From NCBI GenBank assembly GCA_965220085.1, contig CBDCOZ010000003.1:800001-864000 (forward strand): DNA of 64,000 nucleotides, given 5' to 3'. Made by a program: the position numbers and the translations under genes. The first letter of the stretch is position 1. Every line of letters starts with the position of its first letter. Below, piece by piece: positions 41,552-53,846 of the stretch. Under the pieces are notes generated by a model, which saw nothing but the letters and a program-made list of their open reading frames with translations, had not been told where the DNA came from and ran no database searches. The DNA is from Candidatus Oxydemutatoraceae bacterium (GTDB lineage: Bacteria; Pseudomonadota; Gammaproteobacteria; Poriferisulfidales; Oxydemutatoraceae).

Positions 41552-42412
41552 AGCGTCGATTCGCTCCGCATAGCGGGCGGCGATATCCGATTGTTGTGCG
41601 ACGTGTGCCAGCGCATTGGCCGCCGCTTCTGCGCAGGCTGCTTCGATCGCCTGAGCGAAGGCTACGCCAGCATCACCGACGAAGCCGATACATTACTGCT
41701 TGCATAAAGCGTCGATTCGCTCCGCATAGCGGGCGGCGATATTCGATTGTTGTGCGACATGTGCCAGCGCATTGGCCGCCGCTTCTGCGCAGCTTGCTTT
41801 GATTGCCTGAGCGAAGGCTATGCCAGCATCACCGCCGAAGCCGATACATTACTGCTTGCATAAAGCGTCGATTCGCTCCGCATAGCGGGCGGCGATATCC
41901 GATTGTTGTGCGACATGTGCCAGCGCATTGGCCGCCGCTTCTGCGCAGGCTGCTTCGATCGCCTGAGCGAAGGCTACGCCAGCATCACCGACGAAGCCGA
42001 TACATTACTGCTTGCATAAAGCGTCGATTCGCTCCGCATAGCGGGCGGCGATATTCGATTGTTGTGCGACATGTGCCAGCGCATTGGCCGCCGCTTCTGC
42101 GCAGCTTGCTTTGATTGCCTGAGCGAAGGCTATGCCAGCATCACCGCCGAAGCCGATACATTACTGCTTGCATAAAGCGTCGATTCGCTCCGCATAGCGG
42201 GCGGCGATATTCGATTGTTGTGCGACATGTGCCAGCGCATTGGCCGCCGCTTCTGCGCAGGCTGCTTCGATCGCCTGAGCGAAGGCTACGCCAGCATCAC
42301 CGACGAAGCCGATACATTACTGCTTGCATAAAGCGTCGATTCGCTCCGCATAGCGGGCGGCGATATCCGATTGTTGTGCGACATGTGCCAGCGCATTGGC
42401 CGCCGCTTCTGC
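41489..42412. repeat. 156-bp tandem repeat, ~6 copies, spanning the convergent kdkA/waaA 3' ends
   Basis: Units start 41489, 41645, 41801, 41957, 42113, 42269; two variants alternate. Confidence 0.95.
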
Positions 42413-43549
42413 ATAGGCCGTTTCAACTTTTGCCGCTGTCGCAAAGACGGCGGAGAGTTCATCGGCATCGTTGACGATCAGCAATGCATCTTTCTCCGCG
42501 AGGTCTCGCGCTTCTTCTTGCACATTATCCAGATGCGGCCCGGTGACTTGCGGTGCGCCCAGCCGCGCCGCTTCCAACAAATTATGCCCGCCTTTGCCGA
42601 CCAGCGAGCCGCCGAGAAATACCAGCCGCGCATGTTTCATCAGGGCATCCAACTGCCCGATGGAATCATACAGGCAGACATCAACATCTTGGGTCTGCCC
42701 GCCCGCCTGACTGTGCAATGCGACGCGCAAGCCCGCGCGCCGCAACGTGCGCGCAATTTTTGCGCTGCGCTCGATATGGCGCGGGGCGATGACGAGCAAC
42801 AAGCCGTTTGTCGAAGCGCGCCGCCATGCTTGCGCCGCCAGCGACTCTTCGTTGTCGTGGGTCGAGGCGGCGAGGCAATACGGCCTCCCGATTAAATTGG
42901 GCAAGGCCTTTGACAACACGGGCGGGGCGTATTTCAGGTTGCCGACCGTTTCCGCTTTTTCTGTTGCGCACAAAGAGGCGTATGCGGCCCGGTCGCGTTC
43001 GTTGCGCGCCAAGATCGCGGTGACGTCCCGCAGGCTGCGCCGCAGGTAGCCGCGTATCAGGCGGCGGCAGCGCAGCGTTTTTTGTGACAGGCGCGCATTG
43101 ACGATCAGCAAAGGGATATGGCGCGCGCCGCACTCGCGGTATAAGTTGAGCCAGATCTCGGTCTCAATGATCAACGCGCAACGCGGGCGCACTCGGTCAA
43201 GAAATTTTTTGCACAGGGACGGGTAGTCAAGAGGCAGGTAACAGTGGCTTGTGTTGGGCGGCGCTTCCTGTTCGTATAGCCGCCCCGAAGCGGCCGTCGC
43301 GGTGGTGAAAAGGATATGCTGTTGCGGGTGTTTTTTATGCCATGCGCGCGCCAGCGCCAAGCCCATCCGCAGTTCGCCGACGGAGGCGCAATGTATCAAA
43401 ACGGGCGCTGCGGGCGGTGTCGGCAAGCGCCTGCCGAAGCGTTGCGGGAAATGACGGGAGCAGCGGTGTTTTACGCTGTGCGCGGCGGTAATCAGAAGGG
43501 CGACGGGCGCTGCGAGCCAAAGCAGCGCGCGGTATGCCGGGACGATCAT
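42317..43549 (-). CDS. waaA: Kdo transferase
   Basis: HCASVGE, YLPLD, ETEIW.N, NARLS, GNLKY, ASTH, APRH.ER, GGHNLLE. Confidence 0.95.
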   Translation of the reverse strand: MIVPAYRALLWLAAPVALLITAAHSVKHRCSRHFPQRFGRRLPTPPAAPVLIHCASVGELRMGLALARAWHKKHPQQHILFTTATAASGRLYEQEAPPNTSHCYLPLDYPSLCKKFLDRVRPRCALIIETEIWLNLYRECGARHIPLLIVNARLSQKTLRCRRLIRGYLRRSLRDVTAILARNERDRAAYASLCATEKAETVGNLKYAPPVLSKALPNLIGRPYCLAASTHDNEESLAAQAWRRASTNGLLLVIAPRHIERSAKIARTLRRAGLRVALHSQAGGQTQDVDVCLYDSIGQLDALMKHARLVFLGGSLVGKGGHNLLEAARLGAPQVTGPHLDNVQEEARDLAEKDALLIVNDADELSAVFATAAKVETAYAEAAANALAHVAQQSDIAARYAERIDALCKQ

Positions 43550-43571
43550 GTTCTGCCGGGCGCCGGGCGCG

Positions 43572-44954
43572 CTACCTGAGCCATTCGTTGATACGTTGGA
43601 TATCGGTTTCCGCAAGTTGGCCGGAAGCGCGTTTCATACGCAAGGTATCCAGTATGTATTCGTGGCGCGTATCGGCATAGTTGTTTTTCGCTTCAAAGAG
43701 TTCCTCGATCGCAAGCAGCACATCCACCGACGAGCGCTTGCCGACCTCAAATCCGGCCACATTGGACTCGTAAGATACCTGCGCCGCTTCCTGTGCTCTG
43801 GCGAACGCGGCGATGCGGCTGATGTCGGTTATCACGTTGAGGTAGGTTTCCCGCATGTTTTGCTCGGTCTCTCGGTGCGTCTGCTCCAACTCTTCCAATG
43901 CCGAGTTGTAGTCGTGCACCGCTTGCCTGGAACGATAGTATGTGTCGCCGCCGGAAAATATCGGCACCTCAAGTTCCACCCCGATTTCATTGCCTCTTGA
44001 GGTGTTGGGCGAAGGCCCGCCTTTGACATCTCTCTCGCTATGCGTGGCGTAGAGGCCTATGCTCGGAAAATACCCCGACTGCTGTTGTTTGATCTCATCG
44101 GCGGCGATGGCCGCAGTAATTTTTTGCGCCAGCAAGGCGAGGTTTTTCTCCAGCGCGACAGAGACCCACGATTCGGGATTTTCCGGCGACGGTTTGAGTG
44201 TCGGTATCTGTTCTGCCAACGGCGCGATGCTTGTGATATCACGCTTGACGATCAACTCCAGCGCCAGTTTCCTGATGCGCAAAGTGTTTTCGGCCGCCAG
44301 CGCATCGGCGACCGCCAACTCATAAGCGGTTTGGGCTTTTTTGCTATCGGTAATATCGCCGAGCCCCAGCCGCAACCGCTGTTGCGCATGGTCAAACTGT
44401 CTTTTCACCGTGTCCTTTCGGGCATCGGCAAACTCTCTGTTCGTTTGCGCCGACAACACTCCGAAGTACGCTTCCGCCAACCTGATCATCAGCTCTTGTC
44501 GCGCCGCCTCCAGTTCCAGCAAGGCGCGTTCCGCTTCGGACTTTGATTGGTTCAGCTCAATGTAGTAGTCGCGTCTGAACAGCGTTTGCGTGACGCTGAT
44601 CGCATGGCTTTCCACGTTGTAATCGGAGAAATCGGTCTCTCCGGCATTGCCGGATCGGAATATGTTGCCGCGTATTTTCTGGTCGGTTAAGCGCCGACGG
44701 TCGGCTGTCAGTTTGATTTGCGGCAACAGTCTGGAGCGGCTGATCTCCGGTCGCAGGGCGGCCGCTTCGTATCGCTCTTTGCTTGCGCGGAAGCGGTTAT
44801 CGTTTTCCAAAGCGAGCGCATAGAGTTGGTGCAGGTTCGCCGCCCCGAGCGCCGCGGTCTGTGCCCGGCTCGCGCCGTATGGCAGCAGGCACAGTATCAA
44901 TACGCCAACGCCGACATAGCGGCGGCACAGCGTTCGCTCGCGCCGCTCAGACAT
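43572..44954 (-). CDS. tolC: TolC family outer membrane channel
   Basis: LY.LALEND, LLPQI, AEAYF.VL, PIFSGG, GFEVGKRS.VDVL; start inferred. Confidence 0.9.
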   Translation of the reverse strand: MSERRERTLCRRYVGVGVLILCLLPYGASRAQTAALGAANLHQLYALALENDNRFRASKERYEAAALRPEISRSRLLPQIKLTADRRRLTDQKIRGNIFRSGNAGETDFSDYNVESHAISVTQTLFRRDYYIELNQSKSEAERALLELEAARQELMIRLAEAYFGVLSAQTNREFADARKDTVKRQFDHAQQRLRLGLGDITDSKKAQTAYELAVADALAAENTLRIRKLALELIVKRDITSIAPLAEQIPTLKPSPENPESWVSVALEKNLALLAQKITAAIAADEIKQQQSGYFPSIGLYATHSERDVKGGPSPNTSRGNEIGVELEVPIFSGGDTYYRSRQAVHDYNSALEELEQTHRETEQNMRETYLNVITDISRIAAFARAQEAAQVSYESNVAGFEVGKRSSVDVLLAIEELFEAKNNYADTRHEYILDTLRMKRASGQLAETDIQRINEWLR

Positions 44955-45270
44955 AGCAGGGCACGCTGGCATCTGTTTCTTTGCTCCAGGCATCGATGCC
45001 GCCGGCAAGGTTGATGACATCGCGGAAACCGTTTTGCTCCAAAAGCAACCCGGCGGTCCGGCTGCGTATGCCGTGATGGCAGATGACTGCGGTCGTCTCA
45101 TGCGGGTTGAGCTCGTTGAGCCGGTGCGGCAATTGTCCGAGCGGAATCAATTTTGCATCTTTGATGTGCGCAATGTCAAACTCCCATTGCTCCCTGACAT
45201 CAAGCAACACAAGACGATTGTCGCCGGCTTCGATCTTTTCTTTCAGTTCGGATGGTGTAAAATTCCGCAT
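44947..45270 (-). CDS. Rhodanese-like domain protein
   Basis: LLDVREQWE, ICHHGIRS, NLAGGIDAW. Confidence 0.92.
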   Translation of the reverse strand: MRNFTPSELKEKIEAGDNRLVLLDVREQWEFDIAHIKDAKLIPLGQLPHRLNELNPHETTAVICHHGIRSRTAGLLLEQNGFRDVINLAGGIDAWSKETDASVPCYV

Positions 45271-45304
45271 AACTAGGCGCATCAAGGTGAAGCAGGTATT
45301 ATAG

Positions 45305-47185
<1,881 letters not shown>

Positions 47186-47226
47186 CAGCTGCGGCCTGCC
47201 CGACAACGCCTCTGCGATTTGAAACC

Positions 47227-49050
47227 ATGACTCCGAGTGTCCGCTGCTTGGCCCTGTGCCTTGTGTGTGTTTTGTATGCCCCCGCAGCTTTGGCCGACCC
47301 GATAGAGCGGCTTGTCGTCACCGGCAGCAAACTGCCGCGCACCGGCGCCGACATCAGCGAAAGCGCGACGATCATCACCGCCGATGAGATTGAGCGTTAT
47401 CGATACCGCAATCTCGGCGAGGCCTTGCGCGCGGTTCCCGGCCTGCATGTTTCCGCTTCCGGCGGGTTGGGCGCGCAGACATCGGTGTTTATGCGCGGCA
47501 GCGAGTCCGACCATGTGCTCGTGATGATCGACGGTGTCAAAGTCAGCGACCCCGCGAGCGGCGGCCTGTTTGAATTTTCCGAATTGTTGTTATCCAACGT
47601 CGAGCGAATAGAAATCCTCCGCGGCGGACACGGCGCGCAATACGGTTCGGAAGCGCTGGGCGGCGTCATTCACGTCATCACGCGCCGCTCGCAATCGGAC
47701 ACCCGCCTGTTGCTTGAGCGCGGGTCGTTTAACGGCAGAAGAGCGGCGGTATCGTCCGGGCAAGAAGGGCCGATCGAGTTCTCGCTCGGGGCGTCCTATT
47801 TGAAAACGGACGGCGAGAGTGTTACGCCGCGGCGGTTGCGCGGGGGAGCGCGGGAAGAGCGCGACGGTTATCGCGATGCGGCGGTCAACCTCAATCTCGG
47901 TTTTCCCGTCGGCGATGCGCTGCAAGCCGATGTTCGCTCGGAGTACATTGAGCGGGAAGCGGACTATGACGCCGCTTCCGCCCCGTTTGAAGACCGCTCC
48001 TTGCGCGACTCCTCTTATAGCAAGCGCAGCAGTTTGCTCCTGTCGGGAGATTATCTCGACGGTTTCTGGCAACCGTCGTGGCAATTGAGCCGCTATGTCA
48101 GAGCGCATCACGCCGGCGACCGCAGCCGCGGCGAGCGGCTTGACATGGCGTGGAACAACGTGCTGCGCGCCGGCAAGCGCTGGAGCGTGGCCATCGGCGG
48201 CGAAAGCGAGTTGGAACGTTTGCGCATAGAAGACAGCCTCAGCGCGCGCGCGCGGACGCGCTCGCTATACGGCGAAGTGCGCTTCGCGCCTGCCGACAGC
48301 GTTCGCCTGAGTTATGGCTTGCGCAACGACGACGCGGATGATTTTGCCGCCAAGCGCAGCGGTCACGCCGGCCTCGTGTGGCGGGCGGACGACACCCTGA
48401 TTGTGCGCGCCGATTACGCGACCGCTTTTAAGGCGCCGTCGTTGAGCGATCGCTTCCGCGATTTTCCCGCGTTCGGTTTCTTTGCCAATCCGCGCCTGAA
48501 ACCGGAGACCAACCGCCACTGGCAGATCGGTTTTGAAAACTCCCTGCGGGATTGGCAGTTCGGCGCCGCCTATTTCCGCAACAGGATACGCGATTTGATA
48601 GAGGCGGACTTTGCGCTCGGGACGCTGATCAACCGAAACGGGGCAACGATCGAAGGGGTTGAGAGCTTCCTCGGTTGGGAGGCAACGGATGCGCTATCGT
48701 TGCGTTTGGATTACAGCCTGATGAGCCCGTACGACGATCAGCGCCGGCGCCTGTTGCGTCGCCCCGGCCGCAAACTCTCGTTCAGAGCGGACGCCTCCTT
48801 GTGGTCCGACATTGACCTTAGTCTGCGCTTGGAATACACCGGTCGGCGGTCGGACATAGACCGGATAACGTTTGCGCCCGAGCGGGTCGGCGGCTACACG
48901 CTGGCGTATCTGGACCTGCGCAAGGAAGTGGCGCAAGACATCGCGTTGTTCATCGGCGCGGACAACCTGTTTGACAAGCGCTATGAACCGGTCAGCGGCT
49001 ATGCCGGGCGCGGGATGGAACTCAATGTCGGGGTTGCGGTCAATTTTTAG
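47227..49050 (+). CDS. TonB-dependent receptor, BtuB-like
   Basis: LVVTG TonB box, plug with RGSESDHVLVMIDGV, NP.LKPE, NLFDKRYE, terminal F; next to a BtuF-like gene. Confidence 0.85.
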   Translation: MTPSVRCLALCLVCVLYAPAALADPIERLVVTGSKLPRTGADISESATIITADEIERYRYRNLGEALRAVPGLHVSASGGLGAQTSVFMRGSESDHVLVMIDGVKVSDPASGGLFEFSELLLSNVERIEILRGGHGAQYGSEALGGVIHVITRRSQSDTRLLLERGSFNGRRAAVSSGQEGPIEFSLGASYLKTDGESVTPRRLRGGAREERDGYRDAAVNLNLGFPVGDALQADVRSEYIEREADYDAASAPFEDRSLRDSSYSKRSSLLLSGDYLDGFWQPSWQLSRYVRAHHAGDRSRGERLDMAWNNVLRAGKRWSVAIGGESELERLRIEDSLSARARTRSLYGEVRFAPADSVRLSYGLRNDDADDFAAKRSGHAGLVWRADDTLIVRADYATAFKAPSLSDRFRDFPAFGFFANPRLKPETNRHWQIGFENSLRDWQFGAAYFRNRIRDLIEADFALGTLINRNGATIEGVESFLGWEATDALSLRLDYSLMSPYDDQRRRLLRRPGRKLSFRADASLWSDIDLSLRLEYTGRRSDIDRITFAPERVGGYTLAYLDLRKEVAQDIALFIGADNLFDKRYEPVSGYAGRGMELNVGVAVNF

Positions 49051-49514
49051 GCCGGCTTCTGATGCGCGTTATCTCCCGGCAAACATATGCGGCGCTGTCG
49101 AGCAAGCGCAAGGAAGTAGCGCAAGGTGTCGCGTTGTTCATCAGCGCGGACAATCTGTTTGACGAACATTATGAACCGGCTATGAACCGGTCAGCGGCTA
49201 TGCCGGGCGCGGGATGGAACTCAATGTCGGGGTTGCGGTCAATTTTTAGGCCGGTTTCTGATGCGCGTTATCTCCCGGCAAACATATGCGGCGCTGTCGA
49301 GCAAGCGCAAGGAAGTAGCGCAAGGTGTCGCGTTGTTCATCAGCGCGGACAATCTGTTTGACGAACATTATGAACCGGCTATGAACCGGTCAGCGGCTAT
49401 GCCGGGCGCGGGATGGAACTCAATGTCGGGCTTGCGGTCAATTTTTAGGCCGGCTTCTGATGCGCGTTATCTCCCGGCAAACATATGCGGCGCTATCGAG
49501 CAAGCGCAAGGAAG
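48918..49514. repeat. 188/199/199-bp tandem repeat spanning the convergent btuB/btuF-like 3' ends
   Basis: gcgcaaggaag at 48918, 49106, 49305, 49504. Confidence 0.93.
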
Positions 49515-50343
49515 GGCGCTGCAAGGTATCGGGGGCGGCATAGATGGTCGGAATCGGGCGACCGAACAACGACAGCGACAGCTCCGAGTCAAACGTCTCA
49601 CGGATGCTCTGAATCATCAGGTCGGTTTCGGCGGCGAACAAAAACTCGCGGTCGATGACCGGCGCGTGTGCGCCGCTACCGCTGTAGATATTGTTGCCCC
49701 CGCACATCTCGATCGTTTGCGATATCCAACTGCGGCGCGTCACCGTCATCGGCGGCGGGTTCCACAGCAGATAGAACACCTTTAGTCGCGGCCCCGCCGG
49801 CACGCTTTCTTGCAGCCGGGTCATGTCATCCGTGAAGCGGGCGCTCAGGCGCCGGGCTGTGTCCCGATGACCGCTCAACGCGCCGATCGCTTCCAGATTC
49901 GCGGCGATATCCGCGAACTCGGACGGGTCGGACACATAGACAGGGCCGATCGCGCGCAAGTTTTTAAGCATGCCGGGTCGCATCGCCGCAGCCCACGCCA
50001 ATATCAAATCGGGCTTGAGCAACGTCAGCAATTCGTAATTGACCGACCGGTAATCGGACACTTTTGCGATGTGCCGAACTTGCGCCGGATAGTCACAGTG
50101 TTCGGACACGCCGACCAACTGCCCTTGTGCGCCCGCCGAGAACGCCAACTCAGTCAAGTGCGGCGCGAGCGACACGATCCTTTGTGCCGGTCGGGCAAGT
50201 GTCAGCGCCGCGCCGCTGTCGTCGGTTATCGTGATGTCGTCGGCCAGCGAATATGCCGGCAACGCGCCGCAAGCCGCCTGCAAAAGCACAAAAAGCAAAC
50301 CATATATATGGCGGGTTTTATCGCCGTGTGTTTTCATAGCCAC
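49438..50343 (-). CDS. Cobalamin-binding periplasmic protein, BtuF-like
   Basis: PAQRIVSLAPHLTEL.F.AGA, VGVSEHCDYP, LKPDLILAW, RPS.RL. Confidence 0.85.
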   Translation of the reverse strand: MAMKTHGDKTRHIYGLLFVLLQAACGALPAYSLADDITITDDSGAALTLARPAQRIVSLAPHLTELAFSAGAQGQLVGVSEHCDYPAQVRHIAKVSDYRSVNYELLTLLKPDLILAWAAAMRPGMLKNLRAIGPVYVSDPSEFADIAANLEAIGALSGHRDTARRLSARFTDDMTRLQESVPAGPRLKVFYLLWNPPPMTVTRRSWISQTIEMCGGNNIYSGSGAHAPVIDREFLFAAETDLMIQSIRETFDSELSLSLFGRPIPTIYAAPDTLQRPSLRLLDSAAYVCREITRIRSRPKN

Positions 50344-50445
50344 CGATGTTTCCGTATCCGCCGATAAGTCGGCGGCTGATATTGTGGCACAATAGGCGGG
50401 TTACTTGCGGTCTTACTTACATTTGCACTCCATCTGGCTTTCCCC

Positions 50446-52362
50446 ATGTCGCGTATCCTGTTTTTTTGCTTGCTTCTCGCTTCGCACCTCGCCGTTGCCG
50501 CCGACGATCTGGCCGCCAAGCGCGACCTGTTCCAACGGGTGGAGCACGACCTCAAGCGCGGTGTGCGCAGTTCTTATCTCAACACCCGCGATGTGCTGCA
50601 AGACTACCCGCTGTATCCCTACTTGGCGTATCGCGATGCCCGCCGCCGGATTGCAAAAATATCGGACGAGACAGTCATCGGCTTGGTGCGCCAATATGAC
50701 GACAGTGTCATTTCTCACCACCTGCGCTACCAATGGTTGCGCCATCGCATTCGCATCGGGCGGCGGACTATCGCTCCCGAATATTACGTCCCAAGCCCGT
50801 ATCTGATCGACGATGCGATGCCGTGTCATCACGCCCGCGCCCTGATTCGGCACGACAGAGCGCAGGAAGCGCGCGAGCGGATTCTCGCATTGTGGCTGGT
50901 CAATTTCTCGCAGCCGGCGGCGTGCGATCCGGTCTTTAAGCACGGCAAAGACAACGGCATCATCGGCGATGACGAGATTTGGAAACGCATATTGCTCGTT
51001 GCCGAAAAACGCCGGATCGGCCTTGCGGATTATCTGGCGCGCGGATTGAGCGCCCGCCTCAAGCCCCATTACCGTTTGTTGAAGCGAGCCTATCACAACC
51101 CTTTGCGCATCCTGTCCCAAACCGATGCGGATTTTTTCCGTTCGCCGTATCGGCGCGATGTTTTCTTGTACGCGATCAAAAGAGAGAGCAAAAAGAATTT
51201 TGCGCGCGCCGCGAAGATATGGGAGAGCGCGCGACCGCATACCGGCGGCTATGCCTCTTTCCAAGACAGCGCGCGCCACAGTCTGGGGTTGTTCGCAGCC
51301 CTCCGCCTGGAGTCCGAGCGCGCTTACCGCTATCTGTCGCGCCTGTCGCCGGCGGCGCACACGCCGGAGTCACAGTACTGGCTGATTCGTTCGGCATTGC
51401 GCTTATACGACTGGAACGCCGTCTTGCGCGGTATCGACGCATTGCCCGACGACAAACAATCGCAGCCGCAATGGATGTACTGGCGCGCCCGTGCGCTCGC
51501 CCAGACCGGGCGCCGCGAACACGCCCGCGGCATATGGCGGCGGCTCGCCCAATCCGCCAACTATTACGGTTATCTCGCGGCAGATCGCATCGGCGCGCCG
51601 TATCGCTTGGAGCAATCCGCGCCCGCGCATACCCGCCGCTCGCTCCAAGAGACGGAGAACTTGCCGGCGGTTCGGCGCATCCGGGAATTCGTCATCCTCA
51701 AGCGCTGGTTTGACGCCAGACGCGAGATGAACTATCTGGTCGAGCGGCTCGACAAATCGCAACGAACACGGCTGGCCGTGTTGTGTCAGCGCTGGGATTG
51801 GAGCAGCGGTGTCGTGCAGGCGCTGGCGACCGATGCTTTTCAAGGCGAGACCGACCTGCGCTTTCCGATGCCATGGCGCAAACTGGTGACACAGGAGGCC
51901 GACCGCAGCGGCCTGCCCGAGCACTGGCTGTACGGCGTGATGCGCCGCGAAAGCGCGTTTATGCCGCAGATAAAATCGCCGGCGGGAGCGATCGGCGTCA
52001 TGCAGTTGATGCCGGCAACGGCGCGCAGCGTTGCCAAGCGCTTGCGCCTGCGCCCGCCGTCAAAGGCGCGTCTGACAGACAAAAAACTGAATTTGAGGCT
52101 CGGCGCCTCTCACCTGTCCCGTCTCTACAAGAGGAACAACAAGCATCTGCCGCTGAGTCTGGCCGCTTACAACGCCGGGCCGGCGCGGGTTAAAACGTGG
52201 TTGCGGCAGACGCCGGTACGGGATGCCGATATATGGGTTGATACCATCCCGTTTGACGAAACGCGGCTCTATGTGCGCGCCGTCCTGTTTTATGCGACCG
52301 TCTATCAGTACAAGTTGCAAGCGCGCGCCGACCGTCTCAAGACCTTGCTGTCGATTCATTGA
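50446..52362 (+). CDS. slt: Soluble lytic murein transglycosylase (Slt70-like)
   Basis: DYPLYPY, YW.ARA, RRESAF, GAIGVMQLMPATA, AAYNAGP, IPFDETR.YV. Confidence 0.93.
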   Translation: MSRILFFCLLLASHLAVAADDLAAKRDLFQRVEHDLKRGVRSSYLNTRDVLQDYPLYPYLAYRDARRRIAKISDETVIGLVRQYDDSVISHHLRYQWLRHRIRIGRRTIAPEYYVPSPYLIDDAMPCHHARALIRHDRAQEARERILALWLVNFSQPAACDPVFKHGKDNGIIGDDEIWKRILLVAEKRRIGLADYLARGLSARLKPHYRLLKRAYHNPLRILSQTDADFFRSPYRRDVFLYAIKRESKKNFARAAKIWESARPHTGGYASFQDSARHSLGLFAALRLESERAYRYLSRLSPAAHTPESQYWLIRSALRLYDWNAVLRGIDALPDDKQSQPQWMYWRARALAQTGRREHARGIWRRLAQSANYYGYLAADRIGAPYRLEQSAPAHTRRSLQETENLPAVRRIREFVILKRWFDARREMNYLVERLDKSQRTRLAVLCQRWDWSSGVVQALATDAFQGETDLRFPMPWRKLVTQEADRSGLPEHWLYGVMRRESAFMPQIKSPAGAIGVMQLMPATARSVAKRLRLRPPSKARLTDKKLNLRLGASHLSRLYKRNNKHLPLSLAAYNAGPARVKTWLRQTPVRDADIWVDTIPFDETRLYVRAVLFYATVYQYKLQARADRLKTLLSIH

Positions 52363-52463
52363 GCGCGCTTCGTCGGCTGCGCAAGATGCGCAAGCGAGCA
52401 TTACCGCCGCATAACAGCCGGTGCGGGAGGTTTATTCCCCGTTTGCAAGTTGCGAAGGCGGTT

Positions 52464-53846
52464 CTACCTCGCGCAATCGCTCGGCAACGGCAGGCGCAAC
52501 GCCCGCAGCGCTGTGCCCCAAGCCTTCAGCGCGTCTTCGTCCATGCGCCGGTTTTCTTCGGCCATGCCGCGGGCGATGGTCTCGCGCCTCTCTTCCAACT
52601 GTTGCAGTTTCGCAACCAAATCTTGCGCATCGTCAAAGACGATGCAATGTTCGCGGCGATACAGGAAGCCGCGCCCGATCCACAAGCGCAAAGCGTCCGG
52701 GTGAGAACTGTTCGGCGAGTCCGGCGCGTCTATGTCGTTACGCATCTTCTTATACAGATGCTCCGGGCACCACGTCGGCGGCAATGCCCGGTCAAACATA
52801 ATGTCGTTTTCAATGACGAAGCGTATCGAAGGAATCAGTATCGGCACATTCAGCGCATACAACTCAAAGTGACTATACGCAAACGCCGAGTACGGAAAGA
52901 CGAGAAAGGCCGCATGCCGCCGCAGTTCATCCGCGCTTTGATAGCGCGGATGAACCTCTCTCAACCCTCGCAACGAATAGCGCGTTTTGATGGCATTGGC
53001 GCGGCAATAATCCTGATAGGAACGGACAAAATCCGCAAACACCTCATCCGAGCGCCCAATCAACAAAATGGTATCGTCCTGCGCCGCGCTCACGATGCCG
53101 GGACGGACATGCATCGGACGCGCCGCCAGTCGGTGCGGCGTGATGCCCAAATAGTGTTGCTCGTAGTGGCAGTCATAGTCGTCGTTGACCGCTTTTATCG
53201 CTTTGGGCATCCGTGCCAGACGCTTGGCGCAATCATCCAACTTGGCCAGACTCGGCGCATCTTTTTTGTGTTGATCGTAGCGGTGTGACGAGATAGCGAC
53301 GACGCGCTTGTCATACATCTCACCGAGCGCCGCCGCCAGTTCAACAAAGTGGGGGGCGTAGCCGGTGATAACGACGTCATAGCGCGCCATCAGCCGCTTC
53401 ACGGCGATGTATTCCAAGCCGCGCCGCATCGGCGGCGTCAGGCCGTAAGGGCGCAAACGCCACTCCGGCAAGGAGCAGAGCAACACCAGATACCAGCGCT
53501 CGTCAATGATCCTCAGCGCATAGCACAACTTCAATATCCGCACATAGTTCTTCTCGCCGTATCGGCTGCGCTTGCGTAACAGCAACGAGGAGAATAGCTT
53601 CCACTTCCGAAGCAAGCGGAGTCGTTGCCGGCGGCTCCTGCGGATGTTGTCCGTTTCAATGAAATAAGGCAGCGAGTGGTTAATCTTTTTGTGGATGAAG
53701 CGGGCGAACACATCCGTCTGCCACCCCCAACGCGCAAACAAACTCTCCTGACATTGGATCGAGCCAATGTGGGAACTGATGAAACAACACCTGACTTTGG
53801 GAGCGGTCGTACTTTCTGCGCGGCAGCCTACGTTGTCGTCGCCCAT
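52464..53846 (-). CDS. Hypothetical protein, possibly glycosyltransferase-like
   Basis: 460-aa ORF overlapping the STELLO gene end; FPYS...S.FELYALNVPILIPS resembles a GT-B C-terminal motif. Confidence 0.55.
   Translation of the reverse strand: MGDDNVGCRAESTTAPKVRCCFISSHIGSIQCQESLFARWGWQTDVFARFIHKKINHSLPYFIETDNIRRSRRQRLRLLRKWKLFSSLLLRKRSRYGEKNYVRILKLCYALRIIDERWYLVLLCSLPEWRLRPYGLTPPMRRGLEYIAVKRLMARYDVVITGYAPHFVELAAALGEMYDKRVVAISSHRYDQHKKDAPSLAKLDDCAKRLARMPKAIKAVNDDYDCHYEQHYLGITPHRLAARPMHVRPGIVSAAQDDTILLIGRSDEVFADFVRSYQDYCRANAIKTRYSLRGLREVHPRYQSADELRRHAAFLVFPYSAFAYSHFELYALNVPILIPSIRFVIENDIMFDRALPPTWCPEHLYKKMRNDIDAPDSPNSSHPDALRLWIGRGFLYRREHCIVFDDAQDLVAKLQQLEERRETIARGMAEENRRMDEDALKAWGTALRALRLPLPSDCAR

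Noticed and set aside
41596-42474. Repetitive ORFs inside junction repeats (also 38381-38772, 49062-49785, 62035-62290)
   Set aside because: By-products of the tandem duplications; no RBS or independent coding evidence
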